Below, piece after piece: positions 35,022-43,013 of a DNA stretch of 64,000 nt. The translations under genes were made by a program, and so were the position numbers. The notes beneath the pieces were generated by a model that made no database searches, had not been told where the DNA came from, and saw only the letters and a program-made list of their open reading frames with translations. Position 1 is the first letter of the stretch. Every line of letters starts with the position of its first letter. Source of the DNA: Candidatus Melainabacteria bacterium 17Bon1m (lineage in GTDB: Bacteria; Cyanobacteriota; Vampirovibrionia; Obscuribacterales; Obscuribacteraceae); NCBI GenBank assembly GCA_032128875.1, contig JAVLKG010000005.1, forward strand, positions 374,778-438,777, given 5' to 3'.

Positions 35022-35867
35022 CTATACGGGCTGTTTCTTCAGATCTAAATAAGCCCGCAAAGATTCTTTCCACGGCTGCAGCTCGCGACCAATAGTGTTG
35101 ACCGTAGTTGTTTTGTCCAAAACCGAATATTTAGGCCGAGTGGCTGGGCGCGGCATGTCCTTTGTTTCAATAGGAATGACCTTCACCGGCAGACCCGCGA
35201 CAATTTCTTTGGCGAACTCGTACCAGCTTGTCACTCCGTCATCGCAGACATGATAAATGCCCCAACGTTCGGTAACGATCAAATCGGCGATAGTTTCCGA
35301 GAGGCTGAGCGTACAGGTGGGTGTGCCGATTTGGTCGCTGACAACGCGCAAGGTATCTTTTTCTTGGGCCATTGAATGGATCGTATCGACAAAGTTGCGT
35401 CCATTAGGACCATACAGCCAGCTCGTACGCACGATGTAGAAGCGAGTCAGGTGACGCTGTACTGCCTTCTCGCCGGCCAATTTCGATTTGCCGTAGACAG
35501 AAAGCGGTCTGGTTCTGTCCCAGGTCGTGTAGGGAGTGTTTTGCTCGCCATCGAAAACGTAATCGGAACTGACATACAGCATTGGGATATTGTGCTTGGC
35601 GCAGGCGACGGCAATGTTTTCCGTGCCGTATCCATTGATTAAATAAGCCAGCCCGGGCTCGGATTCAGCCTGGTCGACTTTTGTATAAGCCGCACAGTGA
35701 ACGACCAGGTCAGGCTTTTCGGTGCCGATCGTATCGAGAACTTGGGTGTAGTGGGTGACGTCCAGTTTTTCTTTTGGCAGGTCAATAACCTGGTGATCTC
35801 TTGCTTCGAGGCAAGGCACGAGCGCTTGCCCGAGCATGCCACCGGCGCCGGTGACCATCAGTTTCAT
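35022..35867 (-). CDS. rmlD: dTDP-4-dehydrorhamnose reductase
   Basis: MKLMVTGAGGMLGQAL, VVHCAAYTKVDQAE, YVSSDYVFDG, YGKSKLAGE and the RmlD substrate-binding pattern. 281 aa. Confidence 0.9.
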   Translation of the reverse strand: MKLMVTGAGGMLGQALVPCLEARDHQVIDLPKEKLDVTHYTQVLDTIGTEKPDLVVHCAAYTKVDQAESEPGLAYLINGYGTENIAVACAKHNIPMLYVSSDYVFDGEQNTPYTTWDRTRPLSVYGKSKLAGEKAVQRHLTRFYIVRTSWLYGPNGRNFVDTIHSMAQEKDTLRVVSDQIGTPTCTLSLSETIADLIVTERWGIYHVCDDGVTSWYEFAKEIVAGLPVKVIPIETKDMPRPATRPKYSVLDKTTTVNTIGRELQPWKESLRAYLDLKKQPV

Positions 35868-35897
35868 AATTTCTATCTAGCTCCGTATTGCGTGAGT

Positions 35898-37010
35898 TTA
35901 GCCAATCACATTTACTGGATTTGCTGGTTGAGCGACCGGTACTGCCACTGCAGGTGGTGTGGCGTCGAATGCTGCCTGCTTGGACTGCTTGGTGACAGCT
36001 TGCATCCAGGCTTGGTTATCCAGATACCATTGGATGGTCGAGTGAATACCCGTCTCAAACGTGTACGTTGGCGCCCAGCCCAATTCTTCTTGCAACTTTG
36101 TGGAATCTATTGCATAGCGGCGGTCGTGTCCGAGTCTGTCGGCAACATACTTGATCGACTCTTCGCCTTTGCCCATCTCTGACAAGATCAGGCGGGTGAT
36201 TTGCATATTGGTGCGCTCGTTGCTGCCGCCTACGTTGTAGACTTCGCCGGGCACGCCGCGGTGGAAAGCCAGATCGATCGCTTTGCAGTGATCTTCAACG
36301 TGCAGCCAATCTCTTACGTTCAATCCGTCGCCGTAAACTGGCACTTGCTTGCCGTTCAGCAACTGCAAGATGAAGTATGGGATCAGTTTTTCGGGGTGTT
36401 GATAAGGACCATAGTTGTTCGAGCAGCGTGTGATTACTGCGGGGAAACCGTAGGTTTCGAAGTAAGCGCGGCAGAGGAGATCTGCGCCGGCTTTGGATGA
36501 AGAATAAGGGCTGTTCGGTTGAAGTGGTGTGGTCTCGGTGAAATAGCCTTCCGGTCCGAGAGTGCCATAAACTTCGTCAGTGGAAACTTGCACGTAGCGG
36601 ATGGAAAATTCTTTCTTGTTTTCAGCGGCATCAACTGCGGTGCGTCCATAGCGGAAGGCAGCATCGAGCAGCACTTGAGTGCCCAGCACGTTGGTTTTGA
36701 CGAAAACTTGCGGATCGCTGATCGAGCGGTCTACGTGGGTTTCGGCAGCCAGGTTGATAATGCCGTCGATGCGACCGAAACGATTTCCGCTGACGATATC
36801 GTCAACAATGGCAGCATCTTCGATGCGTCCTTGAACATATTTGTAGCGCGGGTCATCAGCCACGTCGGCGAGGTTTTCAGGGTGACCGGCATAGGTCGCG
36901 GCATCGAGATTGATGATGGTGTAATTCGGATATGTCTTGAGCAAGTGCCGAACCAGGTTGCTTCCGATGAAGCCCAACCCACCAGTGACAAGCAATTGCA
37001 TGGCTCGCAT
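35898..37010 (-). CDS. rmlB: dTDP-glucose 4,6-dehydratase with a short Pro/Ala-rich C-terminal tail
   Basis: LLVTGGLGFIGSN, NLAAETHVDRS, VSTDEVYG, YSSSKAGADLL (YxxxK), RCSNNYGPYQHPEKLIP, RYAID. Confidence 0.93.
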   Translation of the reverse strand: MRAMQLLVTGGLGFIGSNLVRHLLKTYPNYTIINLDAATYAGHPENLADVADDPRYKYVQGRIEDAAIVDDIVSGNRFGRIDGIINLAAETHVDRSISDPQVFVKTNVLGTQVLLDAAFRYGRTAVDAAENKKEFSIRYVQVSTDEVYGTLGPEGYFTETTPLQPNSPYSSSKAGADLLCRAYFETYGFPAVITRCSNNYGPYQHPEKLIPYFILQLLNGKQVPVYGDGLNVRDWLHVEDHCKAIDLAFHRGVPGEVYNVGGSNERTNMQITRLILSEMGKGEESIKYVADRLGHDRRYAIDSTKLQEELGWAPTYTFETGIHSTIQWYLDNQAWMQAVTKQSKQAAFDATPPAVAVPVAQPANPVNVIG

Positions 37011-37161
37011 GAACGATTTCCCTCGCTGTGAATGAGATGTTCGGCAGCGCTGACAAAATAGCGCTATTGAAAAGTGAATTGTCGCTTGACAGACGTCATT
37101 AGATCAACGTCCATCAAATAATCTTCGAAGCTGCAGAATGAAAATTGGTTTAGGTTTTGAC

Positions 37162-38235
37162 CTAAACTACTTCGACTTTACTGTCGTCGCCGAGCATCAG
37201 GCGGAACGCTACAGGCTTGCTCTGACTACGAGTAAGTTCAACATTTACTCCAATTAAGCTGTCTTCAATGCGGCCATTGAAGTCCAGAATTTGGCATTTC
37301 TCGCGCAAGATCGAATGCTCGATTTCTGCATGCGAAACTCGGGCCCCGTCGCCGATTGAAGTAAACGGTCCAACATAGCTGTTTTCCAAAACGCAATCGT
37401 CCCCAATTACCGCCGGACCTCTGACTGTGCAGTTCTTCAAAATACTGCCTTTGCCTACGTGGACGCGTCCTGAAAGGCGCGACTGTTCGTCGAGATCGCC
37501 CAGCATGGATACATCTGTCATCTCGTCTAGCACGACCCGATTGGCTTCGAGCATATCGTCTTTCTTCCCTGTATCGAGCCACCAGCTGGTCAATACATGG
37601 CTGTCGACGTGTTCATTCTTGGTGATCATGCGCTGGATTGCATCGGTAATTTCCAGCTCGCCGCGCTTCGACGGTTTGATTTCGTCAATGGCATCGTGAA
37701 TTTTCGAGGTGAAGAGATAAACGCCAACCAGCGCCAGGTTTGACTTAGGTTTTGCCGGTTTTTCTTCGAGGCAGAGTATGCGCCCGTTGCCGTTCAATTC
37801 GGCAACGCCGAAAGAGGTGGGGTTTGGCACTTCTTTGAGCAAAATTTGCGCATCGGGCTTGTTCTTCTTAAAACGCTCAACAAGCGGTGCTACGCCGTCT
37901 TTGATCAAGTTGTCACCGAGATACATGACGAAAGTATCGTCTTTCAAATAGTCTCGGGCAGTTTTCACCGCATGTGCCAGACCCAGAGGCTGGTCTTGCA
38001 GGATATATTTGATTTCGATGTTCCAGCGCTCGCCGTCCCCGACGCACTGGCGGACTTCTTCACCGGTCTCTGGGCTGATGATGATACCGATCGATTTAAT
38101 ACCGGCTTCTATCAGCGCTTCAACCGCATAGAAGAGAATCGGCTTGTTCGCCACAGGCAATAGCTGTTTTGCTGCCGTGTGGGTGATAGGCCGCATACGC
38201 GTGCCTTTTCCGCCGCTGAGAATAAGTCCTTTCAT
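37162..38235 (-). CDS. rmlA: Glucose-1-phosphate thymidylyltransferase, long form with a C-terminal left-handed beta-helix domain
   Basis: MKGLILSGGKGTRMRPITHTAAKQLLPVANKP is the nucleotidyltransferase signature. YILQDQPLGLAHAV. C-terminal hexapeptide-like repeats. 357 aa. Confidence 0.88.
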   Translation of the reverse strand: MKGLILSGGKGTRMRPITHTAAKQLLPVANKPILFYAVEALIEAGIKSIGIIISPETGEEVRQCVGDGERWNIEIKYILQDQPLGLAHAVKTARDYLKDDTFVMYLGDNLIKDGVAPLVERFKKNKPDAQILLKEVPNPTSFGVAELNGNGRILCLEEKPAKPKSNLALVGVYLFTSKIHDAIDEIKPSKRGELEITDAIQRMITKNEHVDSHVLTSWWLDTGKKDDMLEANRVVLDEMTDVSMLGDLDEQSRLSGRVHVGKGSILKNCTVRGPAVIGDDCVLENSYVGPFTSIGDGARVSHAEIEHSILREKCQILDFNGRIEDSLIGVNVELTRSQSKPVAFRLMLGDDSKVEVV

Positions 38236-38258
38236 CCAAATGCACCTATGTATTTACG

Positions 38259-38843
38259 TCAAAAAGCACCGCGTTTGCTAAACACAGCACCAAAAGTGGA
38301 GAACATGATTTTCCAGTCGAGCAAGTAAGTCCAATTGTCGCAATACCACTTATCAGCCTCGACTTTGACGTCGTCCGGCAATTCGTCACGACCGTTGATC
38401 TGAGCCCATCCCGTAATTCCGGGTGGAAACCGCAACACACCAGCCGCCTCACGTTTAGCGGTCAGTTCGGTCTGATTATACAGAGCGGGGCGCGGTCCAA
38501 CGAGGCTCATTTCGCCCTTAAGCACGTTAAACAATTGGGGCAGCTCGTCGATGCTGTACTTCCTTAGCCGCGCTCCGACCGCGGTTATAGGGCTGGGTAG
38601 TTTGAGCATCTCTTCCGTGGACACATTTGGGGCACCTACATTCATGGTGCGAAATTTATAAATTTGAAAGAATTCGCCGTTTAAGCCGACTCTCTTCTGT
38701 TGAAATATGATCGGTCCTCTGGAGTCAAGCTTGATAGCTATGGCTGCCAAGACAAACAACCAAGCCAGCCCAGTGAGCGCTGCCAGTGAAATTACTATGT
38801 CTGTGAGTCGTTTCAAAAACATGAATGATTCGTATTCAATCAA
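38259..38843 (-). CDS. Small monotopic phosphoglycosyl transferase (bacterial sugar transferase family; initiating enzyme)
   Basis: KRLTDIVISLAALTGLAWLFVLAAIAIKLDSRGPIIFQQKRVG, FQIYKFRTM, DELPQLFNVLKGEMSLVGPRP. These are the classic Bac_transf motifs. Confidence 0.9.
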   Translation of the reverse strand: MIEYESFMFLKRLTDIVISLAALTGLAWLFVLAAIAIKLDSRGPIIFQQKRVGLNGEFFQIYKFRTMNVGAPNVSTEEMLKLPSPITAVGARLRKYSIDELPQLFNVLKGEMSLVGPRPALYNQTELTAKREAAGVLRFPPGITGWAQINGRDELPDDVKVEADKWYCDNWTYLLDWKIMFSTFGAVFSKRGAF

Positions 38844-38914
38844 CAGCGTTATTTTACGGTACGCTTGGTGCCTGCAAGAAAACTGATCGAATTAGAATTT
38901 CAATCAAAACGTAA

Positions 38915-39796
38915 ATGGATCTCTCGGTAGTCATAGTTAGTTGGAACACCTGCGGACTGCTCCGCAAGTGTTTAACCACGTTGAAGGCAGAACTCGACAG
39001 TTTTGGAGATTCGCTCAAGTGGGAAGTTTTTCTCGTCGACAATAATTCTGCCGATGGCTCCGCTGACATGGCGCGTAGCGAGCACTCCTGGGTTAAGCTG
39101 ACAGCCAATAACGATAACCTTGGATTTGCCAAGGCGAACAATCAAGCATTCAGGCAATCTACAGGCAATCTTGTACTACTGCTCAATCCGGACACAGAAG
39201 TCCAGCCTGGGGCGATAAAGACATTGCTCGAGTTCATGGATACGCACCCGAACGCAGCTATTGTTGCACCACAATTGCTGAACACCGATGGCAGCGTGCA
39301 AAGATCTTGCCGTGAGTTTCCCACCTTCATTGGTATGGTTTATGAGCTGATCGGGCTCAGTAAGATGTTTCCCGACAACAAAACTTTCGGCAGATACAAA
39401 ATGCTCGACTGGAATCATGACGACGTTCGCAAAGTCGATCAACCAGAAGGTGCATGCCTACTAGTTCGGCGTCAGGTCATGGATAAAGTTGGTTTGCTCG
39501 ATGAAGGCTTCTTTATGCTGTTTGAGGAAGTCGACTGGTGCTATCGCATTATCGAAGCCGGCTATGAGATTTGGTTTACGCCGGCTGCCAAAGTCATCCA
39601 TCACTACGGCCAGTCCATAAAACAAGTGAAAGTAAGGATGATTCTTTCATCACACCGAGGGCTTTACCGCTTTTGGCACAAGCATTATCAAAAAGGGCGT
39701 TGGTATCTCGCTCCCTTCGCGTATGCTGGGTTGATGAGCCTGGCTTATGTCCGCATATTTGCCTATTCGCTAAAATCGAAGCTCTCGAAAGCCTGA
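38915..39796 (+). CDS. Glycosyltransferase family 2
   Basis: LSVVIVSWNTCGLLRKCL, FLVDNNSADGS, NLGFAKANNQA, LLLNPDTEV, FFMLFEEVDWCYR. These are typical GT2 (rhamnosyltransferase-like) motifs. Confidence 0.9.
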   Translation: MDLSVVIVSWNTCGLLRKCLTTLKAELDSFGDSLKWEVFLVDNNSADGSADMARSEHSWVKLTANNDNLGFAKANNQAFRQSTGNLVLLLNPDTEVQPGAIKTLLEFMDTHPNAAIVAPQLLNTDGSVQRSCREFPTFIGMVYELIGLSKMFPDNKTFGRYKMLDWNHDDVRKVDQPEGACLLVRRQVMDKVGLLDEGFFMLFEEVDWCYRIIEAGYEIWFTPAAKVIHHYGQSIKQVKVRMILSSHRGLYRFWHKHYQKGRWYLAPFAYAGLMSLAYVRIFAYSLKSKLSKA

Positions 39797-39847
39797 AATC
39801 CACTCTGTCGAAAGCTTAGATCCAAACTGTCGAGAGCATAAGATTCA
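39782..39847 (+). repeat. Three imperfect tandem direct repeats (21-23 nt) spanning the GT2 stop codon
   Basis: CTCTCGAAAGCCTGAAATCCA / CTCTGTCGAAAGCTTAGATCCA / AACTGTCGAGAGCATAAGATTCA, read directly. Shared cores are TCGA(A/G)AGC and AT(C/T)CA. Confidence 0.6.
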
Positions 39848-39937
39848 AACGAGCGCCGCTCAGTAGCTGTTTAGTAACAAGTCCGGCATAACTTAGATGC
39901 ATCCGGTACGCCGCTAACATTCTAAGGAGCTTGGCGA

Positions 39938-40594
39938 ATGTCTCTTTTTTTTGAGCATGATCACAATGCATCGCCTGTTCTCGACCAGCCGGGATTTCTA
40001 TTCCCTGTAGAAGGGCGCCCTGACTTGCTTGAGTCAGGCGAGAGTTCTATCCCGCCCGGTGAGACTCTTGTTGCATCAAGCACTTCTGTTGATCGGCTCT
40101 ATGCCTATCTTGCCAGCGACTTCAATAAGTTTGACAGCAATCAAGATAAGAAGCTTGATGCCAAAGAATTTGAAGCTTCCCTTGCGACAACAACGAATAG
40201 TGATGAGTTGATGCTCTTGTCTTGGATGAGCAAGAACATTGATGGTTTGCAAAAACTGGGCGATCGCGACTCTGGCATTTCAATGGAAGATCTTGCCGGA
40301 CTCAACACTGCAATCAATAAAGGTACGGGAGACTTGGGTCTTGCTTTTCGACACACCGACTGGGTCGCACGCGGAGGCAGCAGTGCGGTTGGTGGTCTTG
40401 GAGGAGCTTTTCTTGGCTCTAAGCTTACAAGCGCTGCGTTTTCTATGAAAAGTGCCGCTGGTTTTGGTGCTGCCGTGTTCGGCACTCTGTCTGCCATTGA
40501 CGCGATCGGCTACTACATGTTTGATAAACCGAAGCTAGACCAGGCGTTGAAGGAACTGAACGAGATTCCGGATCCGAGCGCGAATCGAAGCTAA
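39938..40594 (+). CDS. Hypothetical protein with one EF-hand-like Ca-binding loop and a Gly/Ala-rich C-terminal hydrophobic region
   Basis: FDSNQDKKLDAKEF fits the 12-residue EF-hand loop pattern DxNxDxxxDxxE. The C-terminus is GGSSAVGGLGGAFLGSKL...AAGFGAAVFGTLSAI (glycine-zipper-like). AAGGAG lies upstream of the ATG. Confidence 0.55.
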   Translation: MSLFFEHDHNASPVLDQPGFLFPVEGRPDLLESGESSIPPGETLVASSTSVDRLYAYLASDFNKFDSNQDKKLDAKEFEASLATTTNSDELMLLSWMSKNIDGLQKLGDRDSGISMEDLAGLNTAINKGTGDLGLAFRHTDWVARGGSSAVGGLGGAFLGSKLTSAAFSMKSAAGFGAAVFGTLSAIDAIGYYMFDKPKLDQALKELNEIPDPSANRS

Positions 40595-40641
40595 TAGTTT
40601 TAAACAGTGCCTACGCGCTGAAAGCAAGTAACTGGGGAGAT

Positions 40642-40677
40642 AGCCAGCCGGTCGAAAGATCGGCTGGCTGCGTTTTT
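40642..40677 (+). terminator. Rho-independent terminator
   Basis: AGCCAGCCGGTC-gaaa-GATCGGCTGGCT forms a 12-bp stem with one mismatch and a GAAA tetraloop, followed by GCGTTTTT. Confidence 0.75.
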
Positions 40678-40812
40678 GCTCGCAACATTAATTGTGTGGG
40701 AGGAACTGTAACATCTAAATTACCGTCGAATTATTTTGTATGATGTCCGTGAAGGCTGAATTGGAGCCGGTTTTAGAGCTAATTGTTGTCTAAGTTTAGA
40801 ACGGTGATTGTG

Positions 40813-41682
40813 ATGGCAGATCCTTTGAAAATCGTATCCAGCAACGTCTCTGGAAATTTCTTCGTCGATACGACCTGTATAAATTGCGACACGTGCCGTC
40901 AACTTGCGCCTAAGACTTTTGTCGACGCCGGTGAGTATTCGTCTGTTTTTGATCAACCGAAAACCGATGAAGATGTACTCGCTGCTACCAGGGCTCTCTT
41001 ATGTTGTCCGACCGGTTCGATTGGGACAAAGGAGAAGAACGACGCTAAAACCATTCGCTCCGAGTTTCCACTTTTGATTGAAGACAATGTGTATTACTCC
41101 GGATTCAATTCTCCGCGATCGTATGGTGGCAACAGTTTCTTCATCAAGTCGCCAAGCGGTAATTGGCTCATCGATTCTCCAAAGTTTCTGCCTTTCCTTG
41201 CCGAGCAGATAGCAACCATGGGCGGTATCAAGTATATTTTTCTTACTCATCGTGATGATGTCGCTGATGCTCAAAAGTATGCAGAGTATTTTTCTGCCAG
41301 TCGCATTATTCATCGCGACGAACTAAGTGCGCAGCCTGGCGCCGAGATAGTCATAGACGGTTATGATGCGCAGAATTTCGAAACTGATTTCACCGTAATT
41401 CCGGTGCCCGGTCACACCAAAGGTCATATGGTGCTTCTCTACAGAAACAAGTTTTTGTTTACCGGAGATCACCTTGCTTATAATCCTGAAGATAGGCACC
41501 TTTACGCGTTTTCCGATTACTGCTGGTATTCGTGGACAGAGCAGACGAAGTCTATGAAGAGGCTAAGCGAATATGATTTCGAGTGGGTGCTTGCTGGTCA
41601 CGGAGATCGAGGAAAACTTCCGACCACTGAAATGAAAAAGCAAATGGCACAGCTTGTGAAATCTATGGAGAAATCACATTAG
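40813..41682 (+). CDS. Fusion of an N-terminal single-cluster [4Fe-4S] ferredoxin-like domain and a metallo-beta-lactamase-fold domain
   Basis: CINCDTCRQLAP...LLCCP is the CxxCxxC...CP cluster motif. MBL-like blocks WLIDSP, FLTHRDDVAD, PVPGHTKGH, FTGDHL, LAGHGD. ATG at 40813 is chosen; the ORF track begins at a TTG at 40783. Confidence 0.75.
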   Translation: MADPLKIVSSNVSGNFFVDTTCINCDTCRQLAPKTFVDAGEYSSVFDQPKTDEDVLAATRALLCCPTGSIGTKEKNDAKTIRSEFPLLIEDNVYYSGFNSPRSYGGNSFFIKSPSGNWLIDSPKFLPFLAEQIATMGGIKYIFLTHRDDVADAQKYAEYFSASRIIHRDELSAQPGAEIVIDGYDAQNFETDFTVIPVPGHTKGHMVLLYRNKFLFTGDHLAYNPEDRHLYAFSDYCWYSWTEQTKSMKRLSEYDFEWVLAGHGDRGKLPTTEMKKQMAQLVKSMEKSH

Positions 41683-41813
41683 TTTCTTGATCGCAAGGAA
41701 AAACAGCAACTGTGCGGCGCCTTCAGGTTTAATCTCGGAATTTGAACCTTTTGTCCGTTCGCGACGTATTAGCAATTAGGACTTACAAATTTGCTTTACG
41801 GAGGGACCGAACA

Positions 41814-41915
41814 ATGGATTCTCTGCTGCCTGTTTTCGCCGTTGTATCTTCAGTACTTGCTCTTGTGTTTTATACCGCGTTGTTTATAACCGGGTTACTG
41901 GACAATGAATTCTAG
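41814..41915 (+). CDS. Possible 33-aa hydrophobic micro-protein (below the ORF-track length cut-off)
   Basis: MDSLLPVFAVVSSVLALVFYTALFITGLLDNEF. GGAGGG lies 7 nt upstream of the ATG. It sits in an otherwise empty 340-nt gap. Confidence 0.3.
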   Translation: MDSLLPVFAVVSSVLALVFYTALFITGLLDNEF

Positions 41916-42022
41916 TTTGTTCTCATACTTATTATCTTTTGAGATCTTATTAAAGATGATCCACATCAGGTAGTTGACAATGTTCTTAAAGAAACACGGC
42001 TGGGGATGCTCTTGTCAAGAAG

Positions 42023-42997
42023 ATGAAGGCTTGCGTCGTTATACCGACCAAGAACGGCGGCTCACTTTTCGAGAAGGTTTTGAAAGAGACTCTATCGCAA
42101 GTGACCGGCTTTGCCTTTGAAGTTTTGGTCGTCGATTCCGGTTCAACGGATCAGACGATTTCAGTCGTTAAGCGCTCGAAAGCAAGATTGCTTTCTGTCA
42201 AACCCGAAGAATTCCAGCACGGCGCCACGCGCAACTTTGCTGTTTCTCAAACAGAAGCTGAGTTCGTAGCTTTTCTCACGCACGATGCGCTGCCTGCCAG
42301 CAAATTGTGGTTGCGCAACTTGATTTTGAAAATGGAGTCCGACATGAGTGTTGCCGGAGCGTTCGGCAGACACCGTGCATATCCTGATTGTGATCCCTTC
42401 ACAGCAGACGAACTCGAGCGACATTTCGATCATTTGAATTCTCTTGAGCCTCTCCAAAAAATTGAAGACAAAGAGCGCTATTCAAGCGACATTGGCTATC
42501 GTCAGCTGCTTCATTTTTTTTCGAACAACAATAGTTGTTTACGTCGCTCGGTTTGGGAGAAGATCCCATTTCCATCCGTCAATTTTGCCGAAGATCAAGC
42601 CTGGGCGCAGAAAATAGTTGAAGCTGGCTATGCCAAAATTTATGCTGATGATGCAGTAGTTTTTCACTCTCACTCTTTCAACACAGTGGAAACATTTCGA
42701 CGAGCGTTCGATGAATCGAAAGCAATGAAGGAGCTTTTCGATTACAAGTTAGTTCCGTCGCGCTCGTGCATTTTGAAGAACAGCTTGCATCAGCTGCGCA
42801 TGGATAAGCGTTTGGTCGTTAGTCGCAAGCTCATAAGAAGCGCTCCAGTGTGCGTACTAAAGAGACCAATCAGAGTTCTGGCAAAACAACTGGGCAGCTT
42901 CGCCGGGCAGCGAGCCAGTTCTTTAGGCGAAGCGCAGCACCTTCTTTCGCTCGACCAATCGAAGAAAAGAAGCAAGCACAAAGCATCCGTGGATTAG
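42023..42997 (+). CDS. Glycosyltransferase family 2
   Basis: KACVVIPTKNGGSLFEKVL, VLVVDSGSTDQT, ATRNFAVSQTEAEFVAFLTHDALP, FSNNNSCLRRSVWEKIPF, AEDQAWAQK. Confidence 0.85.
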   Translation: MKACVVIPTKNGGSLFEKVLKETLSQVTGFAFEVLVVDSGSTDQTISVVKRSKARLLSVKPEEFQHGATRNFAVSQTEAEFVAFLTHDALPASKLWLRNLILKMESDMSVAGAFGRHRAYPDCDPFTADELERHFDHLNSLEPLQKIEDKERYSSDIGYRQLLHFFSNNNSCLRRSVWEKIPFPSVNFAEDQAWAQKIVEAGYAKIYADDAVVFHSHSFNTVETFRRAFDESKAMKELFDYKLVPSRSCILKNSLHQLRMDKRLVVSRKLIRSAPVCVLKRPIRVLAKQLGSFAGQRASSLGEAQHLLSLDQSKKRSKHKASVD

Positions 42998-43013
42998 GCA
43001 GAGGCTGAAGAGA

